Positions 44,133-58,308 of a DNA stretch of 64,000 bases are shown piece by piece. The DNA comes from Eledone cirrhosa (taxonomy: Eukaryota). Under the pieces are notes generated by a model. It was not told where the DNA came from. It saw only the letters and a list, made by a program, of their open reading frames with translations, and ran no database searches. Location: assembly GCA_964016885.1 (NCBI GenBank), contig OZ024741.1, forward strand, positions 37,944,001 to 38,008,000. The letters are read 5' to 3'. The position numbers were made by a program, and so were the translations under genes. Position 1 is the stretch's first letter; each line of letters begins with the position of its first letter.

Positions 44133-44828
44133 CAATATAAAACATGGGTAAATACTTGGAAAGTCTCATCAAGAAAAGCAAAAAAACAAAAAAGATATAG
44201 ACAAATGAATTAGAATATGAAATATATAATAATCTTTCAAGAAATATAGTTAGGTGTATGTATATGTATGTATATACGCTCACAGATGTGCATATATGTG
44301 TATGCACATATGTATACGTATAGTGAAAAAGTGTGCGTAAATATATAATTTAGGGCAAATGTATCTGTATGTCTGTAATCTACAGACAGAATAGATACAT
44401 CATAAGAATATGAAGGCACGCGCATAAACACACCTACACACACGTACACTTAGATGCGGAAGTAAAAGAGGTAAGGAAGTGTAATAATTAAAGGAAAGTA
44501 TCAATCTCGATATATTTATAAAAATGGAACAATAATTTAGAAAGAAAAAATTAAAGAAAAGAAGACAAAAAAGGTACATACATACACACACACGTATATC
44601 TCACAAAAGAAACGCAAAAATATACATGCTTATATACACACGCACACTTACACATCCATACGTTCGATACGTACACACACACACACACATACTTACACTC
44701 ACGCATATTGACCTGTTTGCATGCACACGCATAAAAATGAGTAAGTAAAAAAAGGGGGGAGAAGAAAAAAGGAACAAAACATAAAACTTAGATCTAAAAA
44801 CACGGATATAAAGACACATACACATACG

Positions 44829-44860
<32 letters not shown>

Positions 44861-45281
44861 CACGCACGCGCGCGCGCACATACGTAGTCGCTCATGTACA
44901 TATATAGAAAGTATACACACATTAAGGCGTTCAGCCACATTGATACAGGGTGTAAAAAACTTGTGGATAAGTAAGTACAAATATAAAATTGTAAGATTGG
45001 CTGCGCAAAAATAAAAAAAATAAAAAAATGAAAAATATATCTGGAGTGGAAAACACAAATGACATGTGTAATCAGTTAGTGAAGGAAATAGGGAAGTAAA
45101 AAATGGAAAGTGAAAATATTAGGTAAGTGAATCGGAGAATAAAGGGGGGGGGGTTATTGGTGGATGTGAAGTAAAAATTAAAAAAAAAAATTAATATAAA
45201 AATAAAAATAAATGAAATTAATGATAAGGATAAAAATGAAAGTAAGTCAGAAAGGGTAATTAAAAAGAGAATAATAAGAGT

Positions 45282-46979
45282 TTATGGAGGATAAGTATCT
45301 GAAAGTGTGTTAAGTTTATATGAGCTGGAAAGCAGGTGAGATTTCATGTGTGGGCAACTGGTGAAAATTTCCGTCTTTGTGTTCAGGCAGGTCTTTGGTG
45401 ATTTTAGATTTTGCAATATCCAATATTTTTCATTTATGCAGAGCGTGCATTTTCTTGTTCCTCTAGCATATTCTTTAGATTGGTTCAAAATTGACCAATC
45501 TAATTTATATTGGATGCCTTGGTCTTTCAAATCCCAAATTCTGCTAGCCAGAGCTGTTGTAAATCTTTTTTCTGGATGTCGAAAGGATGCGACATGTGAG
45601 TAATAACGCGTTTTGAATTTGTCTTGCGTCATACCCACATATCGTTCACTGGTGGCTGGATGGTTGTTGCTGATGGTTGTCACTTTAGCCGCATATACAA
45701 TGGCTTTGGTGTTGCATTTACCTTGTAATGGGCATTCACTTTTGATTCTACAGGAGCAAGTTTGATTTTCTCTAGGTGATATTTTGTTGAGGATATAGGA
45801 CTTAATAGGGGGACCGCAGGAATAGCTAATTTTGACACAGTTTCTGTTAAAGATCTTATAGTATATATGTGTTCTAGGGAAATGTTTATCTAGGAGCTCA
45901 AGGAATTTTTTGCCTACATTAGTTTTAACTGCTAGAGAGTAGGGGGGTGTGAACCAGTTTATTTTTATTTTCCTGTTTTTATGTTTAATAGAGTTAGTAT
46001 AGTTGGGTATGTATTTAATCGGTTCGCTAAAACCGCTATTTTGGAGAGCTTTATTATAGTAGGGGGATGCCTTATTAAAAATAGCTTCTGAGGAAGAGAG
46101 GGTGGAGATCCTACGGCTAATATTAGGGATAAGGTTTTTAAAAACTATAGGTGGATGGCAAGAGCCTTTATTTATATATTTTAAGTTTTCATTAGGTTTA
46201 TAAGAAGCAGTAGGCAAATCTAGGTTTATATCTAGGAAATCTACGTTGGAAAGGTTAGTGTCAATAGTAATTTTAAGATTAAAACTAGCGAAGGTTTTTA
46301 TTAAGTCTTTCCTTAATCTATCTAAGTTATGGCCTATGGTGGTATGGAAAAGTATTAGACCATCGTCGCGATAAAGCCCAAAAATATGGTTAGGAAATTT
46401 TTCTTTAAGTGTATGTAGGAGGAATAGGCCGACCAGATCACAAACATCAGCACTGTCGTAAGAGCCCATTGAGACACCGAATGGGTTCTCTGGGTTAGAT
46501 ATTTTTACCCAAGTGTCATTATCATTAAAAACTAGAGTGTTTCTAGCGTGCAAGATGACATTCTCTTCAATATCGGAGATATTAGTAAACCCTCTAGCGA
46601 AATTTAAAGCTTTCGCTAAAAGGGTCTGAGTGATAGATGGGTAGAAATCTACAATGTCAAATTGGGTGAATCTAGAACTATTTTTGTTTTTAATATTATT
46701 AAACCAATGTACTACGGAAGAGCTATTTATCCATTGGAGTAATTTAGACTTACTTCTAATGTGTGTATTTAATTTATTTAAAATTTTTTTGCTGGCAAGA
46801 CCAATATCAGTCTTAGCAGGGTTGATTAATCTACAACTAGGACGATTAATAAAGTCAGGTTTATGATCTTTAAGGGTGATATACGCAGAACGTTTAGCAA
46901 GTTTTTCTGTCCTATTATCTATTTTTAAAGAAACAGCTAATTCTTTAGCTTCCTTATTTATATTATGGTAGTATTTATA
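45282..46979 (-). pseudogene. Naiad-type Penelope-like element ORF (RT + GIY-YIG), 5'-truncated; frame is open upstream of the track ORF to 46979
   Basis: Upstream extension: ITLKDHK..CRLINPAK..QW..WF..FDIVDFYPSI. Then MGSYDSADVCDLVG, GLYRDDGL, FLDINLD, WFTPPYS, CSCRIKSECPLQGKC, IVYAA..YVGMT, CTLCINEK, SCPH. Confidence 0.9.
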
Positions 46980-47040
46980 TTAGCTATTTGGTATTTAGAT
47001 AATTATATATATATATATACATATGTATATATATATATAT

Positions 47041-47702
47041 AGAAGTGGTTACACAACAGTTAGTTCACCACACCGAGAACAATTGTTTCACCTTAGCGGA
47101 TCCTCAGCTCGTAATGGACATGGTTATACGGAACAGGAAGGACAACCGTACGAACGCGCATGCGCAGAAACGATCACTTTACACAGGCAATATTAAAATG
47201 CGTGCGATACGTGTAAGGGAGATAACTGCGAAAGCCATACACAAGGGGAAATCCGTCGTATGGACTATGTATTGATGAACGAATAAATATTCTAAAGAGA
47301 TTATGCAATAGCGATTGCCTAGACACGAGAAATTAATTTTTCACACGTTGTCCACACGTATCGAAACACCTCTTACGTAACTACAAAGCTCCGGATTGAA
47401 TTACAACAACATCCTATTTTTCTTATCAACTAGAAATTGTTCGGACTTTCGCAGTTATCTCCCTTACACCTCTCGCACGCATTTTAGTATTGCCTGTGTG
47501 AAGTGATATGCTTCTGCGCATGCGCGTTCGTACGGTTGTCCTCCCTGTTACGCATAACCATGTCCATTACGAGCTGAGGATCCGCTAAGGTGAAACAATT
47601 GTTCTCGGTATGGTAAACTAACTGTTGTGTAACCACTTCTACCTAACTCGTCCCATGGACTGAGTGCTCTACCAGTACGGATATTACCTTCCAGTGTTCT
47701 AC

Positions 47703-47706
<4 letters not shown>
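47041..47706. mobile_element. Fold-back PLE pLTR element, arms ~47041-47237 / 47445-47640, HHR in each arm
   Basis: Arms are reverse complements, with (TA)n on both sides. Same family as 20982-21222. Confidence 0.85.
47570..47607 (+). ncRNA. Minimal hammerhead (CUGAGGA); twin at 47074-47111 (-)
   Basis: CGAG-CTGAGGA-tCC.gctaa.GGt-GAA-ACAATTGT-T-CTCG. Confidence 0.75.
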
Positions 47707-47770
<64 letters not shown>

Positions 47771-47950
47771 GGATATGTGTTCCTTCACGCACAAGGCGCT
47801 AAGGTACGCATGTATTGTCCAACCAAATGCCAGTGTGGTTCAATGGCAGGTTAATAAATTAACGAGCCAGAACAAATATAAACAAGGTTTAGCAAATAAT
47901 GAAAAAGTTTCAAAATAAATTTTAAAAAATTGACTTTACCTACTATAGTT

Positions 47951-48033
47951 ACCTTTACCGATCGGTTTCGAATCCCAAAAATGAACGGAGACCATACGGC
48001 CTTCGTTGCAAAGAAAGATTCTCGTCAGAAGGT
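47951..48033 (-). ncRNA. Type I hammerhead (CUGACGA) with long stem II
   Basis: ACCTT-CTGACGA-GAATC...GATTC-GAA-ACCGATCGGT-A-AAGGT. Confidence 0.85.
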
Positions 48034-48119
48034 TCTTTTCATTCGAAGAATATAAAATTCCTGAATTTAAATTACGAACTAGCGCTATCAAAACTGTTCC
48101 TGGGACACATATCCTATTA

Positions 48120-48237
48120 TTACTATCTCCTCTAAGTTGAGGCACAAGGCCAGCAATTACCCAGTATATTACTGGTGCTTTATTTTATCGACCCCGTAAG
48201 GATGAAAGGCAAAGTCAACCTCGGTGGGATTTGAACT
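48120..48237 (-). mobile_element. 5'-truncated SINE
   Basis: Core and tail match 22753-22867. Confidence 0.85.
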
Positions 48238-48452
48238 AATTATTAATTAATGTTATCGTGCAATGCCTGTGCGTGAAGATATTTTTAAAGTGAGGAAAGA
48301 CTGTGCACTGAGCCAATCCTACTCTCTGAGCGACAGTAGCTATAACCCGAAAAGAAGAAAAGATCAACATCATCGGTAACTACTGAGCCGCAGGTTTTAT
48401 ATCGGAGTTATCCCAGTTTCCTGAGTTACCTTCTCCTAGAAGAATGTCCTGA
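48238..48452 (-). mobile_element. RTE-type non-autonomous element fragment
   Basis: Reverse complement of 23195-23405. Confidence 0.7.
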
Positions 48453-48691
48453 CAAAAAAATATATATACATACATGTATATATACATACACATATATATA
48501 TCATAACCTGATTAGCTTTTTCGTTGTTTTTCGCATTGTATGACTAGGTCTACCTGCCGCAATTTTCAATTTGTCAAGCTGTCTAAACGTATGTTATTAC
48601 TCTAAGGCCTGCAACCTTATTGAGTGCTTTCCTAATTTTAGGTCGTTTTGCTTGGCCCCAGCCAAAATTTCGATTTTACTAAGCTTCCACT

Positions 48692-48787
<96 letters not shown>

Positions 48788-49422
48788 GGAGGTGAGTTTT
48801 ATTGTAGTACAATAAAGCAATGCAGATATCGGATAAGAAGCACTCTACAGTTTGTAGGACTGGAGTATACATAATATATAAGATAAAAAGATGGTTAAAA
48901 GAGTTCCATGTATTTTATTATGCGCATTTCAAAAACAAATATCATCATGCAATAACATTTGTGTTTTCATCAGATAAAATAGGAAGACATGATATGAAGG
49001 TTAAAAAACACTTGTGAATAGTGCAGTTTTAAATCAACATATGAAAAGTCGTTTTAGATTGATGTGTGATATTGGGAAAAAGTTTTTTTGAGGGGGGGGG
49101 GGGGTTGGAAAGGATGAAAAAGAGGAGATGAGAGTAAAAAGTGGAGGGGAGGAGTATAATGAGGAAGGATGAGATAGGAGGAGAGATGGGTGATAGAGAG
49201 AGAGAGATAGCTTTTATAACTGAGAAAAATATATTGTTTTACATAGAGAGGTTGAAAAACCGTTGGAAGATAATGTATAAATTAAAACAATTTGAAAATT
49301 AACGAAGAGAAAAATAATGTAAAGTTAAGGTTTGTATATTGAAGGGTTTAATAATATGTGCGATGAAAAGAAAATGTTAATATGTATTAAGAATAATATT
49401 TAAGGGTTTAATAATATGTGCG

Positions 49423-50226
49423 ATGGAAAGAAATAAAAGCTTCCCTCCCTCACATATCTATAGTAAAATATTTAACAAACACACTATAAAATTTTCCTAT
49501 TCGACATCCTCCAACATTTCCAAGATTATCTCTAAACACAACAATAAAATACTAAATACTAAATCTCTTCCTTCCAACACTGAATATCATAATAATAGTA
49601 ATAGTACTCCCGACGTCATTGTAAACTCTAGGCTAATTTCTGCAAATCCAAATACAACGTCAAACACAACTTCGCTAAATGTTCTTAATCCCATTCTAAA
49701 TCAAGAAACTATTATTCCTATCGCAAATAACTTCTCCAATCCAATTCCTTCTATAGATAACACTAGGTCACTCGTTAATAATCTCTCTAATCGCAATTGC
49801 AATTGCCCTGTTAAAAATAAATGTCCTCTCAACAACCATTGTCTTGATAAAAACTTAATCTACGAATGTAAAGTTATAACTGACACCAATTCCTTCACCT
49901 ATTTTGGCTCCACTTCCACCTCCTTTAAAGCTCGTCTTTATAATCATCATTCGTCTTTTAAATACCAACTTAAAAGAACCAACACGGCTCTCTCAGAACT
50001 CATATGGTCCTTGAAAGACAAAAATATTAAATATAATATTTCTTGGAAAAAGGTTTCTTCTGCTTCTCCATACTTGAACAGTTCTCTATCCAAGACTTGC
50101 AATCTCTGTCTAAATGAAAAATTTACCATTATATCTAATTTAGATTCTATAATAAATAGACGCACTGACTTGTTTTCTCTCTGCTTGCATAAATTCCACA
50201 GAACATTCCATAAAGTATACAGCTAA
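49423..50226 (+). pseudogene. Naiad-type PLE ORF 3' part (linker + GIY-YIG)
   Basis: FPPSHIYSKIFNKHTIKFSYS, CNCPVKNKCPLNNHC, LIYEC..YFGST, FKARLYNH, CNLCLNEK, LCLH. Confidence 0.9.
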
Positions 50227-51126
50227 TATCCAATACTTTATCAATTTAGAATCCTTTTCTCAAAGGCACATATATATATATACTTCTTTAAAAATATACC
50301 CACCTTTCTACCTTATTTCAAAGTTATTTATTATACATTATATAATACTTGTTACTCATTCTATATCACTCCTATTTATCACTTCCCTTTCTTCCTTTTC
50401 CTTTTCTTTTCTTTTTCTTTTAATTTCTAACCCCTAATCTGTACCTTTTCTCACTGTGCCTAACATAGAAACAATTATTACACAATACAATATATTCTTA
50501 CTTTATATCACCTTGAAAAAATCCTTCGTAAACATAAACACTTTTTTGACGTTAGATTATTCATCCTCAATTCATAATTTTTTTCTCCCTTTCATCTAAC
50601 TTATTCATGCTCATCTCACAATATATCCTTACTTACATTACTTTTGTTTTTTTAATAATACATATCAACATTTTCTTTCCATCGCACTTAATCTACGAAT
50701 GTTAAGAATTAAACCCTTAAATATTATTCTTAATACATATTAACATTTTCTTTTCATCGCACATATTATTAAACCCTTCGATATACAAACCTTAACTTTA
50801 CATTATTTTTCTCTTCGTTAATTTTCAAATTGTTTTAATTTATACATTATCTTCCAACAGTTTTTCAACCTATCTATGTAAAACAATATATTTTTCTCAG
50901 TTATAAAATCTCTCTCTCTCTATCACCCATCTCTCCTCCTATCTCATCCTTCCTCATTATACTCCTCCCCCTCCACTTTTTACTCTCATCTTCTCCTCTT
51001 TTTCATCCCCCCCCCCCTCAACATTTTTTTTCCCAATATCACACATCAATCTAAAACTACTTTTCATATGTTGATTTAAAACTGCACTATTCACAAGTGT
51101 TTTTTAACCTTCATATCATGTCTTCC

Positions 51127-51197
51127 TATTTTATCTGATGAAAATACAAATGTTATTGCATGATGATATTTGTTTTTGAAATGCGCATAATAAAATA
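51127..51197 (+). ncRNA. Type I hammerhead (CUGAUGA) in Naiad pLTR; twin at 48911-48981 (-)
   Basis: TATTTTAT-CTGATGA-aaatACAAATGTTATT.gca.tGATGATATTTGTtttt-GAA-ATGCGCAT-A-ATAAAATA. Confidence 0.85.
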
Positions 51198-51242
51198 CAT
51201 GGAACTCTTTTAACCATTTTTTGATCTTATATATATATATAT

Positions 51243-51853
51243 ACTAAGAATAATGAGTTCTAAACTCAAGCAGTCCTTTACAATGAAATAGCTCAAAGAA
51301 AGAAGTATTGCTGAGCCGTGTAATACAAGTTAATATAAATTAATATATATGATAAAACACAAATACCAACATATAAGTGTTTGTATTGTAAAAGACTAAG
51401 TTAGCTAGATTGAAAAATACTAATTATAATAATACAGTTGCCTGTCTCGATTTAAAATAATAAATCAATAAAAACAAACGATATTGGCAAATGGCCGTGG
51501 TACTTAGACAAATTTAAATTTCAAAATCAAACCTGTTCCGTAGATAAGTTTAAACTTTAAAATCCAAACAAGTTTCGAGATGAAAAAGTGAAAGAATATC
51601 CCGCTCAGCTCTCCTCAGTAAGTACCCTGAACAATTGGTATGCTTCACTTCAAAATATTTTAAAAGATTTGTCTAAGTACCACGGCCATTTGCCAATATC
51701 GTTTGTTTTTATTGATTTATTATTTTAAATCGAGACAGGCAAACTGTATTATTATAATTAGTATTTTTCAATCTAGCTAACTTAGTCTTTTACAATACAA
51801 ACACTTATATGTTGGTATTTGTGTTTTATCATATATATTAATTTATATTAACT

Positions 51854-51856
<3 letters not shown>
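51243..51856. repeat. Fold-back element, arms ~51323-51514 / 51668-51858
   Basis: ~185-bp near-perfect inverted repeat between (TA)n tracts. Confidence 0.8.
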
Positions 51857-51914
<58 letters not shown>

Positions 51915-52169
51915 TTTCTGAATTTGTTTAGCAAGATTCTTTATCTGAAAACGTGTGTTGAAACCGATATTGTTATACTTTGGGAGCGTCATGTTGCTAA
52001 TAAGAAACACATGCACCAGTATATATGAACAACCATCCGGTTGTGGAACCAACCAACCAATCGGAAATTTATAATTTTATTTTAAATTTATAATTTAATT
52101 TATAATAAATTGGAGTGAAAGCAACTGGTGCGTGTGTTTCTTATTGGCAACATGACCCTCCCAAAGTAT

Positions 52170-52244
<75 letters not shown>

Positions 52245-52329
52245 TAAGTTATTCTGGGTTGAATCGGAAGTAACCACAGTAAGTGAGGTACTCAATACAT
52301 AGCAGAGTATAAAAGTTTTAATATAGATG

Positions 52330-52380
52330 AGATTCTACAGGACTAGAACTGTTTCATTCTTTAGAAATCATCAGGAATCT
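52330..52380 (-). ncRNA. Type I hammerhead (family of 10997)
   Basis: AGATTC-CTGATGA-tTTCT.aa.AGAAt-GAA-ACAG.ttctagtc.CTGT-A-GAATCT. Confidence 0.8.
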
Positions 52381-52389
52381 CTCTCTCTC

Positions 52390-52444
<55 letters not shown>

Positions 52445-52564
52445 CTTTTGCTGCACATCGAATGTGGTGGTGGTGGGGGTGGTGGATTATACATCTACTT
52501 TCATTTTCTAATCCACCCTTTCACTTTTCCTTACCTCTCTCTCTCCCTCATTCCCTTCCGCTTC

Positions 52565-53145
52565 CTCTCTCACTCTATCACTGGTCCCCCCTACCGCTAT
52601 CGTTCTAATCTTCCTCACCCTCTTACTCTACCTCTACCTCTCCCTCAAACTCTTCCTCTCACACTCTATCACCGGTACCCGCCCTCGCCCTCTCCTTCTC
52701 ATACTATCACATGGTCCCCCGCTATCATTCTAATACCCCTCTTCTTCTCCCTCTCTCTCTTCCTCCTCGCCCTCTTCCTCTTCTTCCTCTCACACTCTAT
52801 CACAGGTTCCCTCCTTATCGTTCTAATACCCCGCTCCCTCCCCCCCTATCCCCCCTCCTCTCAGACTCTCCTCCTTGGTTCCCCCTCAATATAGTTCTAA
52901 TACCACGCTCCCTCTCCCTCTTCCTCCACCCCTATTCCGTCCCTCCTCCTCTCCAACTCTATCACTGGGTCCCCACCCCCGCTATCCTTCTAATACACCG
53001 CACCCCTCACTCTATGACTGGGTCCCCACCCTCGACATCGTTCTAATACCCCGCCCCCTCTCCCACTTCCACCTCTCAGGCCCTCCCCCACACCCTACCA
53101 CATACCCCACCACCCCATCGTTCTAATACCTCGCTCCCTCTCCCT
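52565..53145. repeat. Degenerate C/T-rich minisatellite: conserved blocks cactctatcac.ggtcccc and tatcgttctaatacc separated by variable polypyrimidine spacers (~7 units)
   Basis: Blocks near 52571, 52662, 52702, 52793, 52876, 52956, 53008 and 53116. Confidence 0.75.
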
Positions 53146-53392
53146 CTTCCCCCTCTCACTCCTCCTGCCCCCACTGCCGCCCTCCTCCCCGCTCTCCTTG
53201 TCTGCTGTTGTTATGTCAGTTTGAAATACATCACAATCGAAGTGAAAGGAGAAGGAGTTGCCCTCAAGGACTCTGTTGTCATTTCACCACCAGTCAACAC
53301 CTCCCTTCCCCTAATATACACTATATATATACACTATATATATATATATAATATATACACACACATATCTCTCTTTCTCTCTCTCTCTCTCT

Positions 53393-53513
<121 letters not shown>

Positions 53514-53567
53514 TATATATATATACACACACATATCTCTCTTTCCCTCTCTCTCTCGCTCTCTCTC

Positions 53568-53655
<88 letters not shown>

Positions 53656-53747
53656 TATATATATACACACACATATCTCTCTTTCCCTCTCTCTCTCGCT
53701 CTCTCTCTCACTCTCTCTCTCACTCTCTCTCTCTATATATATATACA

Positions 53748-53842
<95 letters not shown>

Positions 53843-54512
53843 TTATATATATAATACTCACACACAAACATATATATATATATCTTTACATATATAATGT
53901 ATATTTATGGAATACTGTTAGCTTCTCGCTAAAACAATTTCTATACCTTTCATTTATATATATGTATATATATATATTTATACATTTCCATAAATATATC
54001 CACACACACACACTACACACACACATATATATATATATATAATGTATATATGTACACATATATACATTTACATGAATATATATATATACACAAACATACA
54101 CACACATATATATATATATATGTATAATGTATATATATATATATATATACATTTACATGAATATGTACACATACACACATATATATATAGAAGCAACAAA
54201 ACAAAGAAATGTGTATCTATTTTAATACACTAAAACAACAACAACAAAAACAAACAAATAAAAAAATGAAAAGATTATTCTATGAAATTCGAAATAAATA
54301 AATAATTGTATATAAATTGTGAAATATATAAATAGTAATTAAATATATAAATATCAATATATATAAATCAGTATATATACAAATAAATACTGTGTATGTA
54401 AATATGTACATATATTGAAATCAGTAAAAGACTACAAAATTCTATATATACATATACATACACACACACACACACACACATATATATGTATATATATACT
54501 CATATATGTATG

Positions 54513-54584
<72 letters not shown>

Positions 54585-54702
54585 AATATATATATATATA
54601 TATATTTATATATATGTATATATAAATATATATATATGTAAATATATATATAAATGTGTATGTGTGTATGTATATGTATATATATATAATTTTATATATA
54701 TG

Positions 54703-54768
<66 letters not shown>

Positions 54769-54798
54769 TACATATATATATACATATATATAAATATT

Positions 54799-54830
<32 letters not shown>

Positions 54831-55030
54831 GACAAATAAAATAAAGGAATCGTATCTATTGATTAGCTATGTATGTCCCGGCAGCAGTGAATGTCAAATC
54901 TATTATTGCTTTCGGCGCAGAACTCCATTTGAATATGGAATCACACAACGGATTTACTAATGCAAATAAGGAGATAAATGAAGACCACACTCTCTCCCTT
55001 CCACGTACACACGTACACACGTACACACGT

Positions 55031-55069
<39 letters not shown>

Positions 55070-55083
55070 CATATATATAATAG

Positions 55084-55163
<80 letters not shown>

Positions 55164-55167
55164 GTAT

Positions 55168-55253
<86 letters not shown>

Positions 55254-55838
55254 AGAGAGAGAGAGATTCGTATATATATATATATATACCAGATGTATGT
55301 GTATGTATGTATGCTTATATGACTGTATGTAGGAATGCATGTATGTATATGTGTGCGTGTGCGCGTATGTGTGCGTGTGTACGTGTTTGTGTGTGTTTAT
55401 GTTGAGAGTTGTGAAGATTGATAATATACTGAATATAAGAATAATAAGAAATGAAGAAAAAGAAATGTCAGATGAAGAGTGTTTGGAGAAGGGGGAGATA
55501 ATTAGAGAAACAAAATAGTACAAAACAAATTAAGAGATAAGTTGGTTACTTAATGTTTTTTCTTCATATTAATGTAAAATTCAGGAACAGTAGTTATAGT
55601 CTTATCTGTCTCTCCTGCGCTGTAGTACTGAGATATATTGGCATATGTATTGTAGTTGATAGTGGCTTTGAATCATTACAAGTTGTAGAAAAGAAGATAT
55701 GTATTTAACAGGGAGTATGGTGAAGGTAATAAAAGTTTGGCAACGTTTTAAATAGGCATTCTGTCCCTTTGAAATTATAGGTACAGTCCATACGACAGGC
55801 TTCAAGACAGTTTCGATTTACGCAATTGTATCCATAAT

Positions 55839-55941
55839 TGTCTCTACTTTAGGCATAAGGCCAGCAATTACCCAGTGCATTACTGGTACTTTATTTTATC
55901 GACCCCGTAAGGATGAAAGGCAAAGTCAACCTCGGCGGGAT
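55839..55941 (-). mobile_element. 5'-truncated SINE with 13-bp target-site duplication TTGTATCCATAAT
   Basis: TSD at 55826-55838 and 55942-55954. Confidence 0.88.
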
Positions 55942-57184
55942 TTGTATCCATAATGTTATATATTCTCAAGCTTTTAAAGCAACTGGACATAGCGTTATCT
56001 AGCGTAGCTTTAAAAATAGAGTGAAGGGATTTGAGAAACAATATTTTGATACCGAATAGCTCTGGATAGAGGTAGTAGTTTTGATGTCTGACAGCCGCAC
56101 TCCTTGGTAACGTACAGTCACATCAGTCTTCACTCACCCTAAGCTTGCACGTCTCACTCCTAATACCTCACCCTAGTAGACTTCTTCAATTGGTGACCTA
56201 AACGACGTGAGAGAAGATATTGTCACGACATTACTGTGTGGATGAATATCTCCGTCTTTGGAATCAACGACCAGAGCAATAAATGCAATAGCTATGTGTC
56301 CACGACCAGAGTGAACCACCTAATTAGAGGATATTTGCCGGAGACAAGCCTGGACACGGATAGGTTCTACCTGGCTTTATTTGATTAAGATATGCTACAA
56401 TACAGCACCACCACCCCACAACTCTAGAGGGTCACAGGAAACGTGAAATAAAGTTGTAGAGTAACATCATCTCAATGACAACGTTCCAAATAAGATCTTT
56501 GACAAGTCACAAATAGATATATAAAATCATTCCGACTTTGAGAATTAGGAACCTCCCATGTTTAGTGACATCAAAAAATATTTCAAAATTTGTAAATAAA
56601 AAAAAAATGACTTTGCATAAAATGCTCTTTTACAGGTCGTCATGAAAAGGATGATAGTTTTATTTTTGTTATTTTTTCTTACTTCTCGATCTCCTCATTA
56701 GCCTGATTAAGGCATTTTCAATAATGAACCATTTCATTCTATTCCTAAGAACCTTTTATTCTCTTCTTTTTATATAGAATGTCCTGTTTATATAGTGTCG
56801 TACTTGTTTTCGTTTCCGCACCTTTTATTGTGTTTCAAATGTATACACAGTTAGTGAAATAAATGATTAAAAACATTTAGTAATGGAGTAAAGATTGAGG
56901 CTGTAGCGTTTACAACAGATCTCTGTTTTAACACAGTCACAATTTTCAACGTTTTAAATAAGAAGTCTTGTCAAGAAACAGAGAGATGAATGAATAAAGT
57001 AGTTTAGTTAGAGTATAAATGGCCCTTTAGTACTTGAGGGAAGGCTAGGAAAATTATCATGACATACAGCTAATCTAAGGGGTTTTGAACCTGGTGGAGC
57101 CCATCCCTCAATAAGTAGGGATATTTCATCTAAGGAACGAAAGAGAGAGAGAGATAGAGAGATAGAGAGAGAGATAGAGAACCA

Positions 57185-57340
57185 ATCCTAGTACTTGACT
57201 GGACTGGTATTTTATTTATCGATCCCGAAAAGATGAAAGACAATGGAGACCTCGGCAGGATTTACATGCAGAACTCAATTATCTGGAATAAATATCGAAG
57301 CATTTTCAATCCGACGCCCCAACGCCTCAGCCTATTCGTC
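57185..57340 (-). mobile_element. Degenerate SINE copy
   Basis: ctggtattttatttatcgatcccgaaaagatgaaagacaa..acctcggcaggattt. Confidence 0.65.
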
Positions 57341-57436
57341 GTCTTAATTCAGCTAGAGTGGCTTCGAGATATGGAAAACATTTTGGTAATGTTTATCTGT
57401 ACATAGAAAAAACAACTTTATATATATATACATATA

Positions 57437-57563
57437 TATATATGTTAAAACAATGAAATAAAAAAATCAAGTCATTAGAAATATACTTCACTGCAAACGA
57501 TCGTAAAGCAGTGAAGTATATTTCTAATGACTTGATTTTTTATATCATTGTTTTAACATATAT
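57437..57563. repeat. Hairpin (~58-bp arms) adjacent to (TA)n
   Basis: ...atatacttcactgc-aaacgatcgtaaa-gcagtgaagtatat... Confidence 0.8.
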
Positions 57564-57690
57564 CATGACTCTGTTTTCCTTTTAATGTTTTATTGTTTTC
57601 CGGGATTTATTTTAACATACAACATTTTCAACATACGGATTACATTGAGTTCTTCATGCAGACTAGACCCCACAACTTACCGTGGATATC

Positions 57691-57727
<37 letters not shown>

Positions 57728-57769
57728 GTACATACATATATACGTGTCTGTACATACGTTTTATAATTT

Positions 57770-58150
57770 CACAAATTTTTGCCAATAGAGAGAGAGGCAG
57801 TTTCTAACATAGTTACAAGACTCTCTCATTGGAGTTTACACAACATAAACTACTTAGATATGTCTGTATGTCTGCATGCATGTGTAGGTGTGGATGTTAT
57901 TGTATGTGTGGAAGTGTATGTTTTGAATTGTATGTGTGCATGTGCATACGCTTTGTATCTGTACATGTGTATATGCAGTTATTAGATGCAAAGTTTTTGG
58001 AATATTTTACATATTTTTAGTGTTCCATTAATGGATTGTACTTGTAATTTCCTAACTAGTTGTGTTCTATCTGTTCCTGTGAAGCCCAGCTTCTCAAGAT
58101 TTGTATTGAGGCAGTTACTAACAGATCCCAGTGCCCCAATATTCACAGGC

Positions 58151-58151
<1 letters not shown>
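57770..58151 (-). mobile_element. 5'-truncated fragment of a related R4/Dong-like family (C-terminal ~55 codons + 3' UTR)
   Basis: Minus strand 58150-57982 reads PVNIGALGSVSNCLNTNLEKLGFTGTDRTQLVRKLQVQSINGTLKICKIFQKLCI*. This aligns with the C-terminus of the adjacent element (PIIIGATG...MTELGF...LQMAAIAGTFKICKTF). Confidence 0.8.
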
Positions 58152-58181
<30 letters not shown>

Positions 58182-58308
58182 TGTATGTATGTATGTATGT
58201 ATGTATGTATGTATGTATGTATGTATGTTATCTCTTTCTCTTAATTTCGAGTATATTTTTTTGACCGGCCACCTTCCTGGTGGCAAGGTTGTAAAAGAAA
58301 AGAAATTG

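Larger units (their letters stand above)
43960..47003 (-). mobile_element. Naiad-type PLE with long 3' region/pLTR containing a hammerhead (44063-44132), bounded by (TA)n
   Basis: ORF plus downstream sense-strand HHR; (TA)n at 43913-43956 and 47004-47040. Confidence 0.75.
48785..51232 (+). mobile_element. PLE insertion with inverted 5' pLTR: 48876-49430 is the reverse complement of ~50670-51230
   Basis: ~550-bp inverted repeat flanking the truncated ORF, HHR in both arms, (TA)n on both sides. Confidence 0.88.

Noticed and set aside
52565-53145. CRISPR-like repeat-spacer appearance
   Set aside because: Eukaryotic context, degenerate repeats, low-complexity variable-length spacers and no cas genes.
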